A DNA stretch of 63,827 bases, counting the filler, from Stramenopiles sp. TOSAG23-6 (taxonomy: Eukaryota): NCBI GenBank assembly GCA_900128565.1. It is 3 parts of 3 records of this genome, joined end to end, with 100 filler letters (N's around TTAATTAATTAA, not from the genome) between each part and the next. Parts side by side here need not be neighbours in the genome. Positions count along the whole stretch, not along the records: positions 22,283 to 44,382 come from LT636019.1; 2 more parts are not named here. One strand, given 5' to 3'. A program made the position numbers and the translations under genes. Shown here piece by piece: positions 32,785 to 43,945 of the stretch. Every line of letters starts with the position of its first letter. The stretch's first letter is position 1. The notes under the pieces are model-generated. The model ran no database searches, was not told the DNA's origin, and was given only the letters and a program-made list of their open reading frames with translations.

Positions 32785-34440
32785 TCATCTCATTGTGTCT
32801 ACCACACACAAATTCGCTTTATAATCACAACTTTTACAATCGTCCAAATCCATACCAATGCCCTGCTGATCGGGACCAGCCGTCACCCCCTCTGAAAAAT
32901 CACAACCACCAAGGACGTAACAATCATCCAGATTACAGCTTTGACATTCCTCTGCGCCATCTGTAGTGCAGCCTGATAGAGTGGCGGTTTGATTTGCCTG
33001 TGTATGTGCGTTGAACCATGTGACTGTTGTATCAGACGTTGACCTTGGTGTACCGTTTGAACATGTGCATACATTTGCGGAGCAAGAAGACCCGTTCAAG
33101 TGATAATAGTTGTCGCATGAGCTGCAGATTTCCAAGCCAGAGTCACCGCAACTATCACCTGTTGCAGCTGTACCATTTGAGCAAGTGCAATCTCCTCCTG
33201 GAGTAGGTGCTGGTGTAGGTGCAGAAGTAGGAATATTTTCTGTCTCGGTCACTGTTCCACGCATTGCCGTACACCCGTACATAGATTCTGATGTAATAGG
33301 GTTGACAGTTGTGCCGTACATCTGACGACAAGTTTTACAAAGGTCCAGATCCGAACCGATGTACTGAGCGTCAGGACCATAACCTCCGGCTCCATTTGAG
33401 TAGTCACAACCACCAAGGACATAACAATTAGTGGTGTCACAGCTTTGACATTCCTCTTCGCCATGCGTAGTGCAGCCTGATAGAGTGGCAGTGGCTGTTC
33501 CGCCCGTTGGGATTATATCATACGTGATTGTCATAGTATAGACTGATCTTGGTGTACCGTTTGAACATGTGCATACATTTGCGGCGCAAGAGGATCCATC
33601 CAAGTGATAATAGTTGTCGCATGAGCTGCAGCTTTCTGCGCCATCACTTGTGCAGCTGCTACCTGATGCTGCTGTACCATTTGAACAAGTACACGCATAT
33701 GCATTTGCAGCACAAGACAATGATCCGTTTAAGGTATAGCCGCTGTTACANGAGCTGCANATTTCGGTGCCATCAGTTGTGCAGGCACTACCTGANGCAG
33801 CTGTACCATTTGAGCAAGTACATGATGCTGTAGTAGTGACAATGTCGCAGTCTAAATAGGTAGCGTCGTTCATCGTAGTAGTGTCGTCCTCACCATCAAA
33901 GCAAGTACCATCAAATGCGGTTTGCGAGACATCTGTCAGTCCACCAGCAAAGACCATATTCTCAAGCCCAGTGTTTTTGAATGCATTGTTCTTGATCTTC
34001 TTAAGATTTGGGCATCCTGAAAGGTCAAGACTTACAAGATTTGAGCAACCTTTGAAAGCCTTTGCTTTAATTTTTTTGAGGGTAGTAGAGACAATTGTCA
34101 AAGTCTTGATATTATCACAATTTTTGACTGCATTCGCCTCAATCGAAGTCACTGAACTTAAGTTAAAGGTAAGATGAGTGTCAGCGGATGATGGACATGG
34201 ATCGAGTACTAAATCCCAATCATTTTTAGTGTCATAATTATCACCATCTCCTGAAGTGAATTCGACGACACTTTGGAGATGACGGCGAGACGAAGTTTCG
34301 ACGGACTGCGAATTCAACTGAAAAGTTACTGCGATAAGCCCAAAGATTGCAAGAACGATACTTGCACGGAAAATGCCACTGGATCGAGACTTCTTCTCGT
34401 TCATCATAGACATATCCATGTCAACTTTGATAATCTCCAT
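32785..34440 (-). CDS. Surface-type protein: N-terminal TM, BspA-type LRRs, Cys-rich tandem repeats
   Basis: VTSIEANA/LKKIKAKAFKGCSNL LRRs; repeated CTCSNGT..G..C...G.E.C.SC units. Confidence 0.75.
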   Translation of the reverse strand: MEIIKVDMDMSMMNEKKSRSSGIFRASIVLAIFGLIAVTFQLNSQSVETSSRRHLQSVVEFTSGDGDNYDTKNDWDLVLDPCPSSADTHLTFNLSSVTSIEANAVKNCDNIKTLTIVSTTLKKIKAKAFKGCSNLVSLDLSGCPNLKKIKNNAFKNTGLENMVFAGGLTDVSQTAFDGTCFDGEDDTTTMNDATYLDCDIVTTTASCTCSNGTAXSGSACTTDGTEXCSXCNSGYTLNGSLSCAANAYACTCSNGTAASGSSCTSDGAESCSSCDNYYHLDGSSCAANVCTCSNGTPRSVYTMTITYDIIPTGGTATATLSGCTTHGEEECQSCDTTNCYVLGGCDYSNGAGGYGPDAQYIGSDLDLCKTCRQMYGTTVNPITSESMYGCTAMRGTVTETENIPTSAPTPAPTPGGDCTCSNGTAATGDSCGDSGLEICSSCDNYYHLNGSSCSANVCTCSNGTPRSTSDTTVTWFNAHTQANQTATLSGCTTDGAEECQSCNLDDCYVLGGCDFSEGVTAGPDQQGIGMDLDDCKSCDYKANLCVVDTMR

Positions 34441-34678
34441 TGTCTTTTTCTCAGCAAGATTTTTAAAGTTATCCGCGGGGATACAAGGAAGGATACAGTC
34501 CCTTGGATACAGAGAGCGAGTTTAAATCGTTTGGAGGGGCTTTTAATAGCATGTTTGTTCCATCAACCGTATAAGTCAAAAGTGTAGATCAAAAGGTACC
34601 ATGAACAATGTATTAAAATGATTTAAATTTTATTTTGGATGAAATCAATACACTTTATTTTCATCCTGAAAATCAAAT

Positions 34679-36466
34679 TTATGTAACTAACATTTTTTTA
34701 GCAAATGTGCTCATACAACAACCAAATGCCTGTATAGGTGAAAATGGGTATTTAAAATCTAGAGAATATACATTCCTTCTCACTTTCCCAAAACGAAGCT
34801 GTTCTGTATCAATCCCAAATTCACTTTCTAGATGACATGTGTTGTAAAAAAATATTTTAAAAATTTGAAATTCGTTAGGTATGGTATTTGGTACGAAAAG
34901 AATAAATTTGAAATTCATGATAAAAACGTACATGAACTTTCCACCTCAAGTAGAAAATTTTTTTTTGACGCTTTCTTTACACGACCATCAAAATTGAGAG
35001 TCCACGCATTCAAATCTTTATTCCATTTATTGTAAAAAAATATAAAAAAAAAATCGTTAGGTACAAAAGTTTCTATGAAAAAAAAAAAAAAAAAAGTCGA
35101 TATTATTTTGAAAACGTACACGATGGCTGTTTTGTACGAAATTGTAATAATTGAGACTGTTCTTGAACGCCCAAAGATGCATATTCATTTCTAATAACCT
35201 CCTTCTCACCTCCGGTAGGTTTCTCCTTTGTAATTCGATTTTTTTGTTCCATATCAAATCGGTCACAAAGACTCATAAAATTAGCTTTCAATGCATCTTC
35301 ATCATCATGACGTGGTAGTATCACTTTCATGTATTTTGGAAAAATATTTGAAAAAAAAATTGTTCGGTACAAAATTTCGTATGAAAAAATAAATTCGAAA
35401 TAAAAAAAAAATAAAACATACATCGAGTTTGGCACTCGGGCTAAGATATTAGTCTCAAAACGAATATGGATTAAATCGTGAGCAGCATATATTTTCAAAA
35501 ATACTTTACATTTTGATGTTTCTTTGTTAGGTACAAAATTTGGTATGAAAAAGATATTTATTCAATTTTGAAAAAAACGTACATGACTACTTTTCACCTT
35601 TAATTGAGGATTTCGTGCTCTATAATCAAAAAGAGAAAACTGCTTTCCAGTCATATTACTTATCATACACCCTAAATATACTGGACTTGACTCAGATGTT
35701 GGTATACTATCTATAGTTGTTAGCCTAAAAGTGTTATTAATTGTACTAAATATACAGAGACCCTTGTGCGTACTATTCATACTAGCAGCCATGTNTTCGT
35801 GAAAAAATATTTTTTTTTTGTCAAAAAGCTTGTTAGGTACAAAATTGTGTATGAAAAAAAATATATATTCATGATGAAAACATACATCATAAATTCGCCC
35901 GATTGTTTGTGAAAATGCCAAGCAGTAACAAACGCACCGACGTATCGACGAATATATCCTAAACACCATATATCAGACACGGAATCAGTTACAGGAGATA
36001 AAAATGTTGCCTTTTGTCCGTGCATTAGTTGGTGCAGACGCTGACCTTCTGGAACCTCAGCAAAGTCCGTTGTTGGTTTCTCTTTAAATATTCCTCGGAG
36101 CTTATTTGGATTATCTTTTATTGGTTCGCTTATTAAAGCATTACCCGTAGAGAGATCAAAGAGTTCATCTCCACTAGCAGAATACTCTTCGTAGGACTCT
36201 TCGTCGTCAGAAACATTATTTGAGCCTTCTTGAGAACTGTTATCCGAGTCTTTCTTAGAATCCTCAACATCTACAGTCACAAGTTCTGCCTGTATGTTGC
36301 TTTCTTTTACAGTGGGCGTACTTAATTTATTCACGTCTGTGCTGATTGGCTCACTTAGAATACCCTTCTCTACATTTGATTCAGTCTCTAAGGGAGCTGC
36401 GTTTAAATTAGTTTCGGCTACATCACCGAAAATATCCCAAACGTCATCGAACTTTTGATCTCCCAT
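34679..36466 (-). CDS. Tubby-domain protein with five repeat-family introns
   Basis: YLG...SN..G..F.LFD, FETNIL...P..M.V.LP, K.P.WN..L.AW.LNF.GRV..AS.KNF, FGKV....Y.LDF.YPFS..QAF.C. Confidence 0.9.
34837..34931 (-). mobile_element. Repeat-family intron GT...AT
   Basis: TCAT|GTACG..CAACACAT|GT; gives VESSC-HLESE. Confidence 0.85.
35025..35119 (-). mobile_element. Repeat-family intron GT...AT
   Basis: TCG T|GTACG..CAATAAAT|GG; restores the tubby motif KQPSWN. Confidence 0.88.
35329..35421 (-). mobile_element. Repeat-family intron GT...AT
   Basis: TCG AT|GTATG..AAAATACAT|G; gives PNSMKVILP. Confidence 0.88.
35487..35582 (-). mobile_element. Repeat-family intron GT...AT
   Basis: CAT|GTACG..AAAATATAT|GCT; gives KSSH-AAHDL. 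Confidence 0.8.
35791..35885 (-). mobile_element. Repeat-family intron GT...AT
   Basis: ATG AT|GTATG..ACAT|G; gives GEFMMAAS. Confidence 0.85.
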
Positions 36467-36894
36467 ATTCAGTGTAGTTCCAATTCTTTTGTAGGCTTAA
36501 ATAATGATCGTAATTTCAACTCTAATATTTTGCAAAACTTGAGCTCAGGTTTCAGATTAATCGTAAATCTCCTCAAAATAATCAAGTTTCTACAAGGAAC
36601 GAGATACGTAGCCTTCCTTTGAAGTTTGAACTGCCTGAAAGGAGGAGGAGGCTCTCTCGAGGATAATTTAACCAATTTAACCGTCGCAAAATTCACTAAA
36701 AAAAAATTAAAACTTATCAAAATAAACCGTTATTTCGATTTCGCGCTAGACGAAGATAGTACGTTCAACAGTATCGTTCAAGATACTCTCAAGATACGCT
36801 CAAAATATCGTAAGGCGCACACACCTAGCAAGGCCTACGTAATTGTACACTTCATTTTTAAAGCCCTTTCCTCCCTTTATATTCTAAACGCATT

Positions 36895-37752
36895 ATGAAA
36901 TCAGACGTTCCAGTGTCACACGCACAACCAGTATACGTAGCGGCACCGACGCAGCCAGTATACGTCATGGCGTCACCCACGCACCAAACACCACTTTTGA
37001 AGCAGAATCAAAAAACACAAAAAGTTCACAACAAATTCGCATACATAACAATGGTTGTACTTTTCATTGCATTTGGACTTCAAATTGGTGCACTGGGTTG
37101 GGATACGTACGGTGAAATTAAAGGTGGAATTAAAATAAAAAATTTCACAGTGAAAGGTAAGTTTGATTTGGGTTGGAAAAAATGCAAAAGAAGTGTTTCC
37201 GTGTCGAGTCTGAAAGATACTGTTTCCGCGTCATACAAGAGTATGAAAGAGGATGGCGTCGATTACGTTGACGATATAATCTTTGCAGGAAAATTCATCT
37301 TCGGAGGCTTAATTACCTCTTTACTGCTGAATGTTATCGCCACGGCTCTAATTTTGTTGCACCAAAAGAATCTAGCTGTAATTGTTGTCAGTCTTGCTAT
37401 TGTTTCCGGAGTAACTGCTATTTGCGTATGGAAGTTTGAGGGTGAAAAGTCCGTGAAAAATTTCATAAAAGAGTGGCGTACGAGTGAACCGGCTTGGCTA
37501 AAGAAGGGGGTAAGCACCCTTCATGGGCGTCAAAAGTTTGACTATCCAAGCTTTGACTGGGACAATGAAGGGACCAATGAAGGGACCAATGAAGGGAGCT
37601 TTGACTGGCCTGACTGGACCTTTGACCATCCCGTTCACCATCCCGTGAAAATGGAATCTTCTTTTAATATGTTTGTGAAATCTACAATTTTGGGCGCGGT
37701 AGCTAATATCTTAATGTTTTGTACTTCAATTACTTATGCATGTGCAGCCTAA
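36895..37752 (+). CDS. Four-TM membrane protein (claudin/amastin-like topology)
   Basis: Four hydrophobic segments; loop with GW..C. Confidence 0.55.
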   Translation: MKSDVPVSHAQPVYVAAPTQPVYVMASPTHQTPLLKQNQKTQKVHNKFAYITMVVLFIAFGLQIGALGWDTYGEIKGGIKIKNFTVKGKFDLGWKKCKRSVSVSSLKDTVSASYKSMKEDGVDYVDDIIFAGKFIFGGLITSLLLNVIATALILLHQKNLAVIVVSLAIVSGVTAICVWKFEGEKSVKNFIKEWRTSEPAWLKKGVSTLHGRQKFDYPSFDWDNEGTNEGTNEGSFDWPDWTFDHPVHHPVKMESSFNMFVKSTILGAVANILMFCTSITYACAA

Positions 37753-37851
37753 GGGGAAAATACGAAACACTTAAATGCGCAATGAATTTTATTTGTTTAA
37801 TTTTCAAGTCAGCACAATAAAAAGAAGACAGTGTTACTCAAAATATTATAA

Positions 37852-39339
37852 TCACGCTGTTGTAGGTATTGTTGAACTAGTATTACTGATAGTGAAAGAT
37901 TTCACAGAAGAGCCACCAGTTTGCTTCATATTTGCAGTATTTGCAGCTTCATTTTCATTTTCCATTTCTTCATCGATAAACCTTCGCGATGCGTCAAACC
38001 AAGCATTCGGATGATTTCCAACATCATTTGCATCAGCACCTTTATGTGTTACTTCAAAATGCTTTCTACATGCAATTTGAAAATGGCCATTCTTTGCAGC
38101 ATCAATAATATTATTGATATCACTACCACTGACTTTGAGCTTAGATAATCGTGCTCGAAGATGAGTGTCATCCCAATGACGAAACGGGCAACCGTGACTT
38201 TGCCCTGCAGCTGGCGCAGGTCCCATTATAATTTTCATGCACCCATGTGGTGTATAGTTAGCGCGTTTACCTTCCTTACCATAACTATGGCGTATATTGT
38301 AGGCATATTTTTTGTCAAAGTCATCGGAAGACATCTTCTTTGTAAATGTATTTTTCCAAAAGGTCATGGCGTCTTCAAGTGAAAGCCCAATCCCTTTTAA
38401 GAAAAGTCCATACTGTTGTCGACCTTCATATTTCAAATGATGTTGCTGGCGCATAGCTGTGTGTAGATTATTCATACACATAGGCATTGAGGAACGAGAG
38501 AGAGAATCAATCATTGCAGGAGTAACCTTATCAAGAATCTTCACGTCGGCACTATAATCTTTACCCAAATATTGTCTGCTAATATTTTTCAAAAGTGGTG
38601 TCAAACGGTTGTCAGATAAAACGCGCACCATAGACTTTGCAGCCAATGCTAGAGATTTGGATAAATGTTCACGAAAACGACGCTGTAGAAGATTGATTAG
38701 ATGCTCTCGTGGTACAAACGCAAAACCATCATTGACAAAAACTTGACGTCTTTGAACTAGCTCAAGAGCTTGTTCGAATGGAACACGAAAATAGTTAATT
38801 TCTAGTTGTTCAGTTTTATTGCCATATGCATTTGCCGCGTGCACCTGTCGCAATTGTCGGGAGAAAAGTTCTCGGTCACTCGCAGATATTTGCTCATAGT
38901 TGAGTTTGTATATCCTCATAAACGCATCGACATCCTTCGGACTCTCCTCTTTAAAACGATGACGAAATAATGCGCACTCATTCGATAAAAACCAGCGACG
39001 CAGTTCCTCTGTTTGACAATACGCCAAACGAAGAATATAATGCGATATGGTATCTTTTCTTTCGTCGCCTTTAAAACGTAAACGAAGTACTCGGTCGTGT
39101 ATTTTCTTCACAGCTGCACTAAACTCCTCCCCCTTCAGACCCTGATCCTGAGCTGTTGCAATTGCTTGCAAAACCTGTAAACGATCATATGCAAATGACT
39201 CAAACTCATCAAGAGAAACATCTTGTGATGGTGGTATTGTATACAGTGATAACCGCGTCTCCAAAGGACGGCGCCCATCACGTCCTTGTCTGCCTGTTCC
39301 AGGGGTAGTAGTTCGTTTAGATGTCGACAAGATTTCCAT
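37852..39339 (-). CDS. PRIM2: DNA primase large subunit
   Basis: SL.EFE.FA.DRL, RKD.ISH.ILRLAYC, PMCM..LH, HLKY.GR.Q.GLFLKGIG, YNIRH.YG.EGKR, HGCPF, HPN.WF. Confidence 0.97.
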   Translation of the reverse strand: MEILSTSKRTTTPGTGRQGRDGRRPLETRLSLYTIPPSQDVSLDEFESFAYDRLQVLQAIATAQDQGLKGEEFSAAVKKIHDRVLRLRFKGDERKDTISHYILRLAYCQTEELRRWFLSNECALFRHRFKEESPKDVDAFMRIYKLNYEQISASDRELFSRQLRQVHAANAYGNKTEQLEINYFRVPFEQALELVQRRQVFVNDGFAFVPREHLINLLQRRFREHLSKSLALAAKSMVRVLSDNRLTPLLKNISRQYLGKDYSADVKILDKVTPAMIDSLSRSSMPMCMNNLHTAMRQQHHLKYEGRQQYGLFLKGIGLSLEDAMTFWKNTFTKKMSSDDFDKKYAYNIRHSYGKEGKRANYTPHGCMKIIMGPAPAAGQSHGCPFRHWDDTHLRARLSKLKVSGSDINNIIDAAKNGHFQIACRKHFEVTHKGADANDVGNHPNAWFDASRRFIDEEMENENEAANTANMKQTGGSSVKSFTISNTSSTIPTTA

Positions 39340-39750
39340 ACTGAAACTCTAGTTTGTGCTTAAAGGCTTATCTTAGACACCTAAAGATAGACAAAGACTG
39401 AATAATCTACTGGTATGGCAGAGATACCAATACACGTATCGCCTTATGTACAATCAAATTGAAATTAGGCGGCTCGTTTAGTCTATATTGTCCTGGAAAA
39501 CCTCTCTCTTTTATCCAAGTGTCCGTCAAATTTAGTGAAACATCCCGAAACATCAACGTTGAAAAAATTTATTTTGCGCGCGCGGTCAACTTTTTGGAAG
39601 TCTTCTACTAAAGCACCACGACTCCAAGTATATATAGAGAATATTAATAGATTCCACGCTCTTTGAGTATTGTAATTATATATCAAACTCCACGATCCTA
39701 GCTACGTATTCGACAAACGTTATAAGTCATCTTCTAGATAATCCTGCAAA

Positions 39751-40943
39751 ATGCCAAAGCGCTGGAAGCGGCGACTCCGAACTCAAATGCGGTTGGCTCA
39801 CGAAGCCAATGCATTACGTGTTCCGAATTCTTCATTGAATAACTCAAAAGTGGTTGAATCAAAGCAGCCCCAGGAATATTTCCCACTTGACGAAAAAGGT
39901 GCTGCTCGTTTTCTTAATGTAGAAGCGATGTCGAAGTCAGATTCCCCTACTGATCTGACGTATCATAGTGCTGGATTACCCATATTATATGGTAGTTTAA
40001 TTGATCTTCCTATTCCTATTCAGGAAGGAAGTGCTGATCTCAAAATAAAGTTAGTCGCCACTGGGGGAGAAATACAGTATTCTGTATCTTGGGAGTCTCT
40101 CTGCCCAGTAAAGCATTTAGGTGTATCCCCTTCGAAAGTTCAGAAATACATTGAAAGTGAGACATCGCTTAAAAATTCTAATGAAAATTCTACAATACCT
40201 CCGAGTATTTTTGAAAAAGAAGAGTCACTAGAATTATTGCCCTTAACTAATCTGAAAGGTTCGGACAACATTTCCCTGTTTATTCCTAAAGCTGGTGTTG
40301 TTACATTACATGTGCAAAATAGTAGTACTACCTGGCCCGTAAAGGATGTACATTTTCAAAATTGAATTTCGAATTTTTTTTTTTCATAGAAAATTTTGTA
40401 CCTAACGATTTCTTTTTTTATCTACACTTTTTTTCACAATACATGATGATGTAGTATTACACTACGTTGTCTCTTTAGAACACATTTGTCCTTTGGTAAC
40501 GAAACGAAATATCATGTATTCACTTAAAAAGCAGTGTAACGATTTAAATTCGATATATCGTGATAGTCTTAGAGTTGTTGAAGAAAGTAGTCAAAATTTA
40601 GAAACACTTAGAAAGAAATTATGTATGTTTTATTTTTTTTTTTACAAAAAAATCGAATTTATTTTTTTTGAAAAATTTTGTACCTAACAAATTTAAGGTT
40701 TTTTTTTTNAAANATTTTTNCNAAANACATAACGCTGCTGAGATAGAACATGCTACGCTGGTGAATCGACTTACATTAGAGAAAGAAAGCATCGAATTAG
40801 TTCAAAGTAAACGAAATATAGCGTTGCTTGCAGGAATTGATATTAGAGATAAATTACTAGTTTTGCAGTACTTAACTACACGCGAAGAAAAGGTATGGAA
40901 TTGTGTATGTACAGATTGGCGATCTTATTGGTTCATGAAATAG
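39751..40943 (+). CDS. Hypothetical protein in three exons; second junction ambiguous
   Basis: ORFs 39751 and 40493 join exactly after removing 40348-40444; third ORF follows an n-containing intron. Confidence 0.55.
40348..40444 (+). mobile_element. Repeat-family intron GT...AT
   Basis: GAT|GTACA..TACCTAAC..CACAATACAT|GAT. Confidence 0.85.
40623..40730 (+). mobile_element. Repeat-family intron; 3' end contains ambiguous bases
   Basis: T|GTATG..TACCTAAC..cnaaanacat; frame is kept only if it ends at 40728 (AC). Confidence 0.6.
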
Positions 40944-41092
40944 TTGTATTTATAAATAAGTTCTCATATTTTTTTTATTTTTATAAAAAAAATCGTTAGG
41001 TACAAAATTATCTACGAAAAAAAATGTACAAAAAAAAATATATATATATTTTTATTGGTACAAATAAGATTATTCACTCACAGTAAGTGTTC

Positions 41093-41174
41093 TCAGTGTA
41101 TAATACTTATTGTGGACAATTACATGTTAGGGTTAGGGTCATCAGTGTATAATACTTATTGTGGACGATTACAT
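41093..41174. repeat. 33-bp direct duplication flanking a telomeric insert GTTAGGGTTAGGG
   Basis: tcagtgtataatacttattgtggac(a/g)attacat at 41093-41125 and 41142-41174. Confidence 0.9.
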
Positions 41175-43787
41175 ATTCTGCTTGTTTAGTTGGATTTCCA
41201 ATGCTTCACATTTTTCAGTCAAAATTTTATTTTGTTTCTGAAGTAAATTACGCCTTGAATTATATTCACATCTCGAACGTTCCATTCCCGTTTTGATCAT
41301 TTTTAGCATTTGAATTTGTTTTTTGCGTTCCTTACGTAATTTATTGACATCTTCCACAGCCGATTTTAATTGTTCCTTCATGTTAAATGCCTCTGTTTCA
41401 GCATTTTTGACCAATTTATATTGTTCATTTAATTTTTCTTCATAATATCTCTCTAATGCTTCTACACCATTTTGAACGCATTGAGACCCTCTCGTAGGTA
41501 ATGGCGATGTCACGGGAAATACCTCTTTTGGTCCATCTTTCCAGTTTGAAAAACATTCCGTTTTGTTTGTTGGCGTGTGCGCACAAAACGGACTTGTCGC
41601 TGTTTCTGTCATGTCTGGAAAATTTTGTTCTATACAGCCATTTCTTGATATTTCTCTCTTGGAAAGATGAGTACACACTTGAGACTGATTATTTATCCAA
41701 CGCATATATGAAGTTGCTTTTGTTCGCATACTATCCATAACCTGCGGTGGAACAGTATATATATATTGTGAAAAAATATTTTTTTTGTTTTTGTTTTTTG
41801 TTTTTTGTTTTTTGTTTAGGTACAAAATTTCGTGATAAAAAAAATGTAGATAAAAATTGAAAAAAAAAACATACACTCTGTTCGTTGACTCTATTAACTT
41901 GACTTTGTATGTATCATAACTACTACTATTGTTTCTATCTACGCAGCATATATTATAATATTCAATGACTGATGCTTCAAGAGTTACCATAATAGTACTA
42001 ACATTTTTTAGAGATTCTTCTAAGTTGGTGTTGCAACGTCTCACCTGCTTATTTACAAAAGTTTGTAGTTGCTCTTCCCGTAGCTTCAATAATGCACTAT
42101 TTGTGACTTCCTTAACGGCCAAAAGAAGTTCAATTATTGCGTTTAGTGTCGCTCGTGTAGTACTATTCATACATTTTGGAAAAATATTTGAAAAACAAAA
42201 CTTAAATTTGTTAGGTATAAAATTTCGTACGAAAAATAAATTCGAAATTGAAAAAAAATAAAACATACATTGACCAACGAGGATCACGGATATACGCATT
42301 TGTATCTTCCAACATATCATGCATACCTGGACGTATAAAGAATGAGATAATATTTTTTTTTCGACTTCTTAGAGTTTGTATTTTTGTTCCCAACTTTGAT
42401 AGAGATTTGGATAAAGCAATTTGGCAGTGTCTCAATTTTGGCTTTTCGGTTCGTCTGCCTTCTTCGTCCAACTGCAATTGTAAAAGAGGTAAAATTGCAT
42501 CAAAACCACGTGACGCATCACACATAGACATTGTTGGGTCTCCATTATTAGAATCTGTTTGTTGATTTTCTTTATTCAAGTCAATATATGTTGTATCAGT
42601 AGATAGATTATCTCCATAAGCAGCACCGACCCATGATGCTACAGTTACATGAAATTGGGATAATTTACTAAAATGTTCTGCAAGTGCTTCAGACACCCTT
42701 TGTGCAATAAAACGCCATTTATCGCGCAAAACATCCACAGTTTTACCAACAGCAGTATCAGAATTTGTGCTATCCTTCAAATTCGTACCGCCAAGATCTG
42801 TGCCTAAATGACGCTCTAACTGTATTTTTTCACGCCACAAGTGAACAAATTTAAACAATGTTTCACCAGCTGCAGTAAATACTTTAGCAACTTTCATAGC
42901 ATGAACCATTCTCAGTTGTCGTCCAGTTTCGTCAAATCTTGTGAAAAATATTTCAACAGTTTGATATTCGTTCAATATGAAATTTTTATGGTAAAAAAAA
43001 TTAAAATTAGGGTTCATGTATGATGAAAACTTACATGTTGAGGAAGGTTCCAGCAGGAGTGTCCTTGGTTCACAGAATCATCAAATGGAAGACGTTGCTT
43101 GACACGCAAGCGCTCGTGTGCCATCATATTTGTCATATGTTTGTTAATATTCTTCATATTTAATTCATTTAGCTCAAATTTTTCTTTAGTGTTTTGAAAC
43201 TCCTCGCTTTGGTCACTGATGCTTCGTTCAAGATTTTCTTTAGTACGTAAAAGTTTTTCGATAAGTTTTTGTTTCTCGACGATATCGGTCGCCATATTTT
43301 GGATGTCTTGAGCATTTCTTTCGTTTTGAGTTCGTGCTACTCGGCTTGCCTCATCAGCAAGTTTTTGGATATCAAATATCTTCATATGGCACCGTTCGTT
43401 TTCGTCAATCTTCAGTTTTAACTCTTCTAATACAACGGCCATTTCGTCTTTTAGTGTTTTTATAGTTGTAGCTTCCCCTGTAACTGAGGAAACAACACCT
43501 CCAAACCACGATGATTCTCCTTGCTTACGAAATTTGTCATTTTCATCCTGTAGTTTTTTTATTTTTCTCGTTAAGTTATCTTGATTTGTAGACAAGCGAT
43601 TAATTTCTTCAATGGACGCACAGAGCTCATTGTCTTTTTCGCGAAGTTCAACTTCCAAATCACCACTTCTTTCCTGTTCACGAAGCACAGCTTTCTTTAA
43701 CACAGAATGCTTTGATTTCACTCTATTATACTCACGCTTCAAGTCCAGATCAACAAGATGCTTACTTTTAGCATATGCTTTTGACAT
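41169..43787 (-). CDS. PPP1R21/KLRAQ-like coiled-coil protein with three repeat-family introns
   Basis: EYNRVKSKHSVLKKAVLREQ (KLRAQ-like), EELKLKIDENE..H, LPFDDS......WNLP.H. Confidence 0.75.
41761..41874 (-). mobile_element. Repeat-family intron GT...AT, 114 nt (3n, stop-free)
   Basis: AGA GT|GTATG..CACAATATAT|A TAT; read through by the ORF track as an F/K-rich insert. Confidence 0.8.
42169..42268 (-). mobile_element. Repeat-family intron GT...AT
   Basis: TCA AT|GTATG..AAAATGTAT|G; gives PRWSMNST. Confidence 0.85.
42934..43034 (-). mobile_element. Diverged repeat-family intron GT...TT
   Basis: CAT|GTAAG..CACAAGATTT|GAC; the nearby AG gives an immediate stop. Confidence 0.75.
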
Positions 43788-43945
43788 TGTCTTTTTCGAA
43801 TCTGTTTCTGTGTTGAGGAGGATGTTGAGAGAAAAAAAGAGAGGAGCGAGAAAATTCAAAAAAAAGGATCAAAAATTGTGGCACAAAACTGCTTTGTATG
43901 TTTTTTTTTTATAGATTTCTAAGATTAGATTGCCTTAAGATTAGA

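Noticed and set aside
34837-35885. CRISPR-like regularly spaced repeats
   Set aside because: Spacers are tubby exons, repeats are variable, the context is eukaryotic and no cas genes are present
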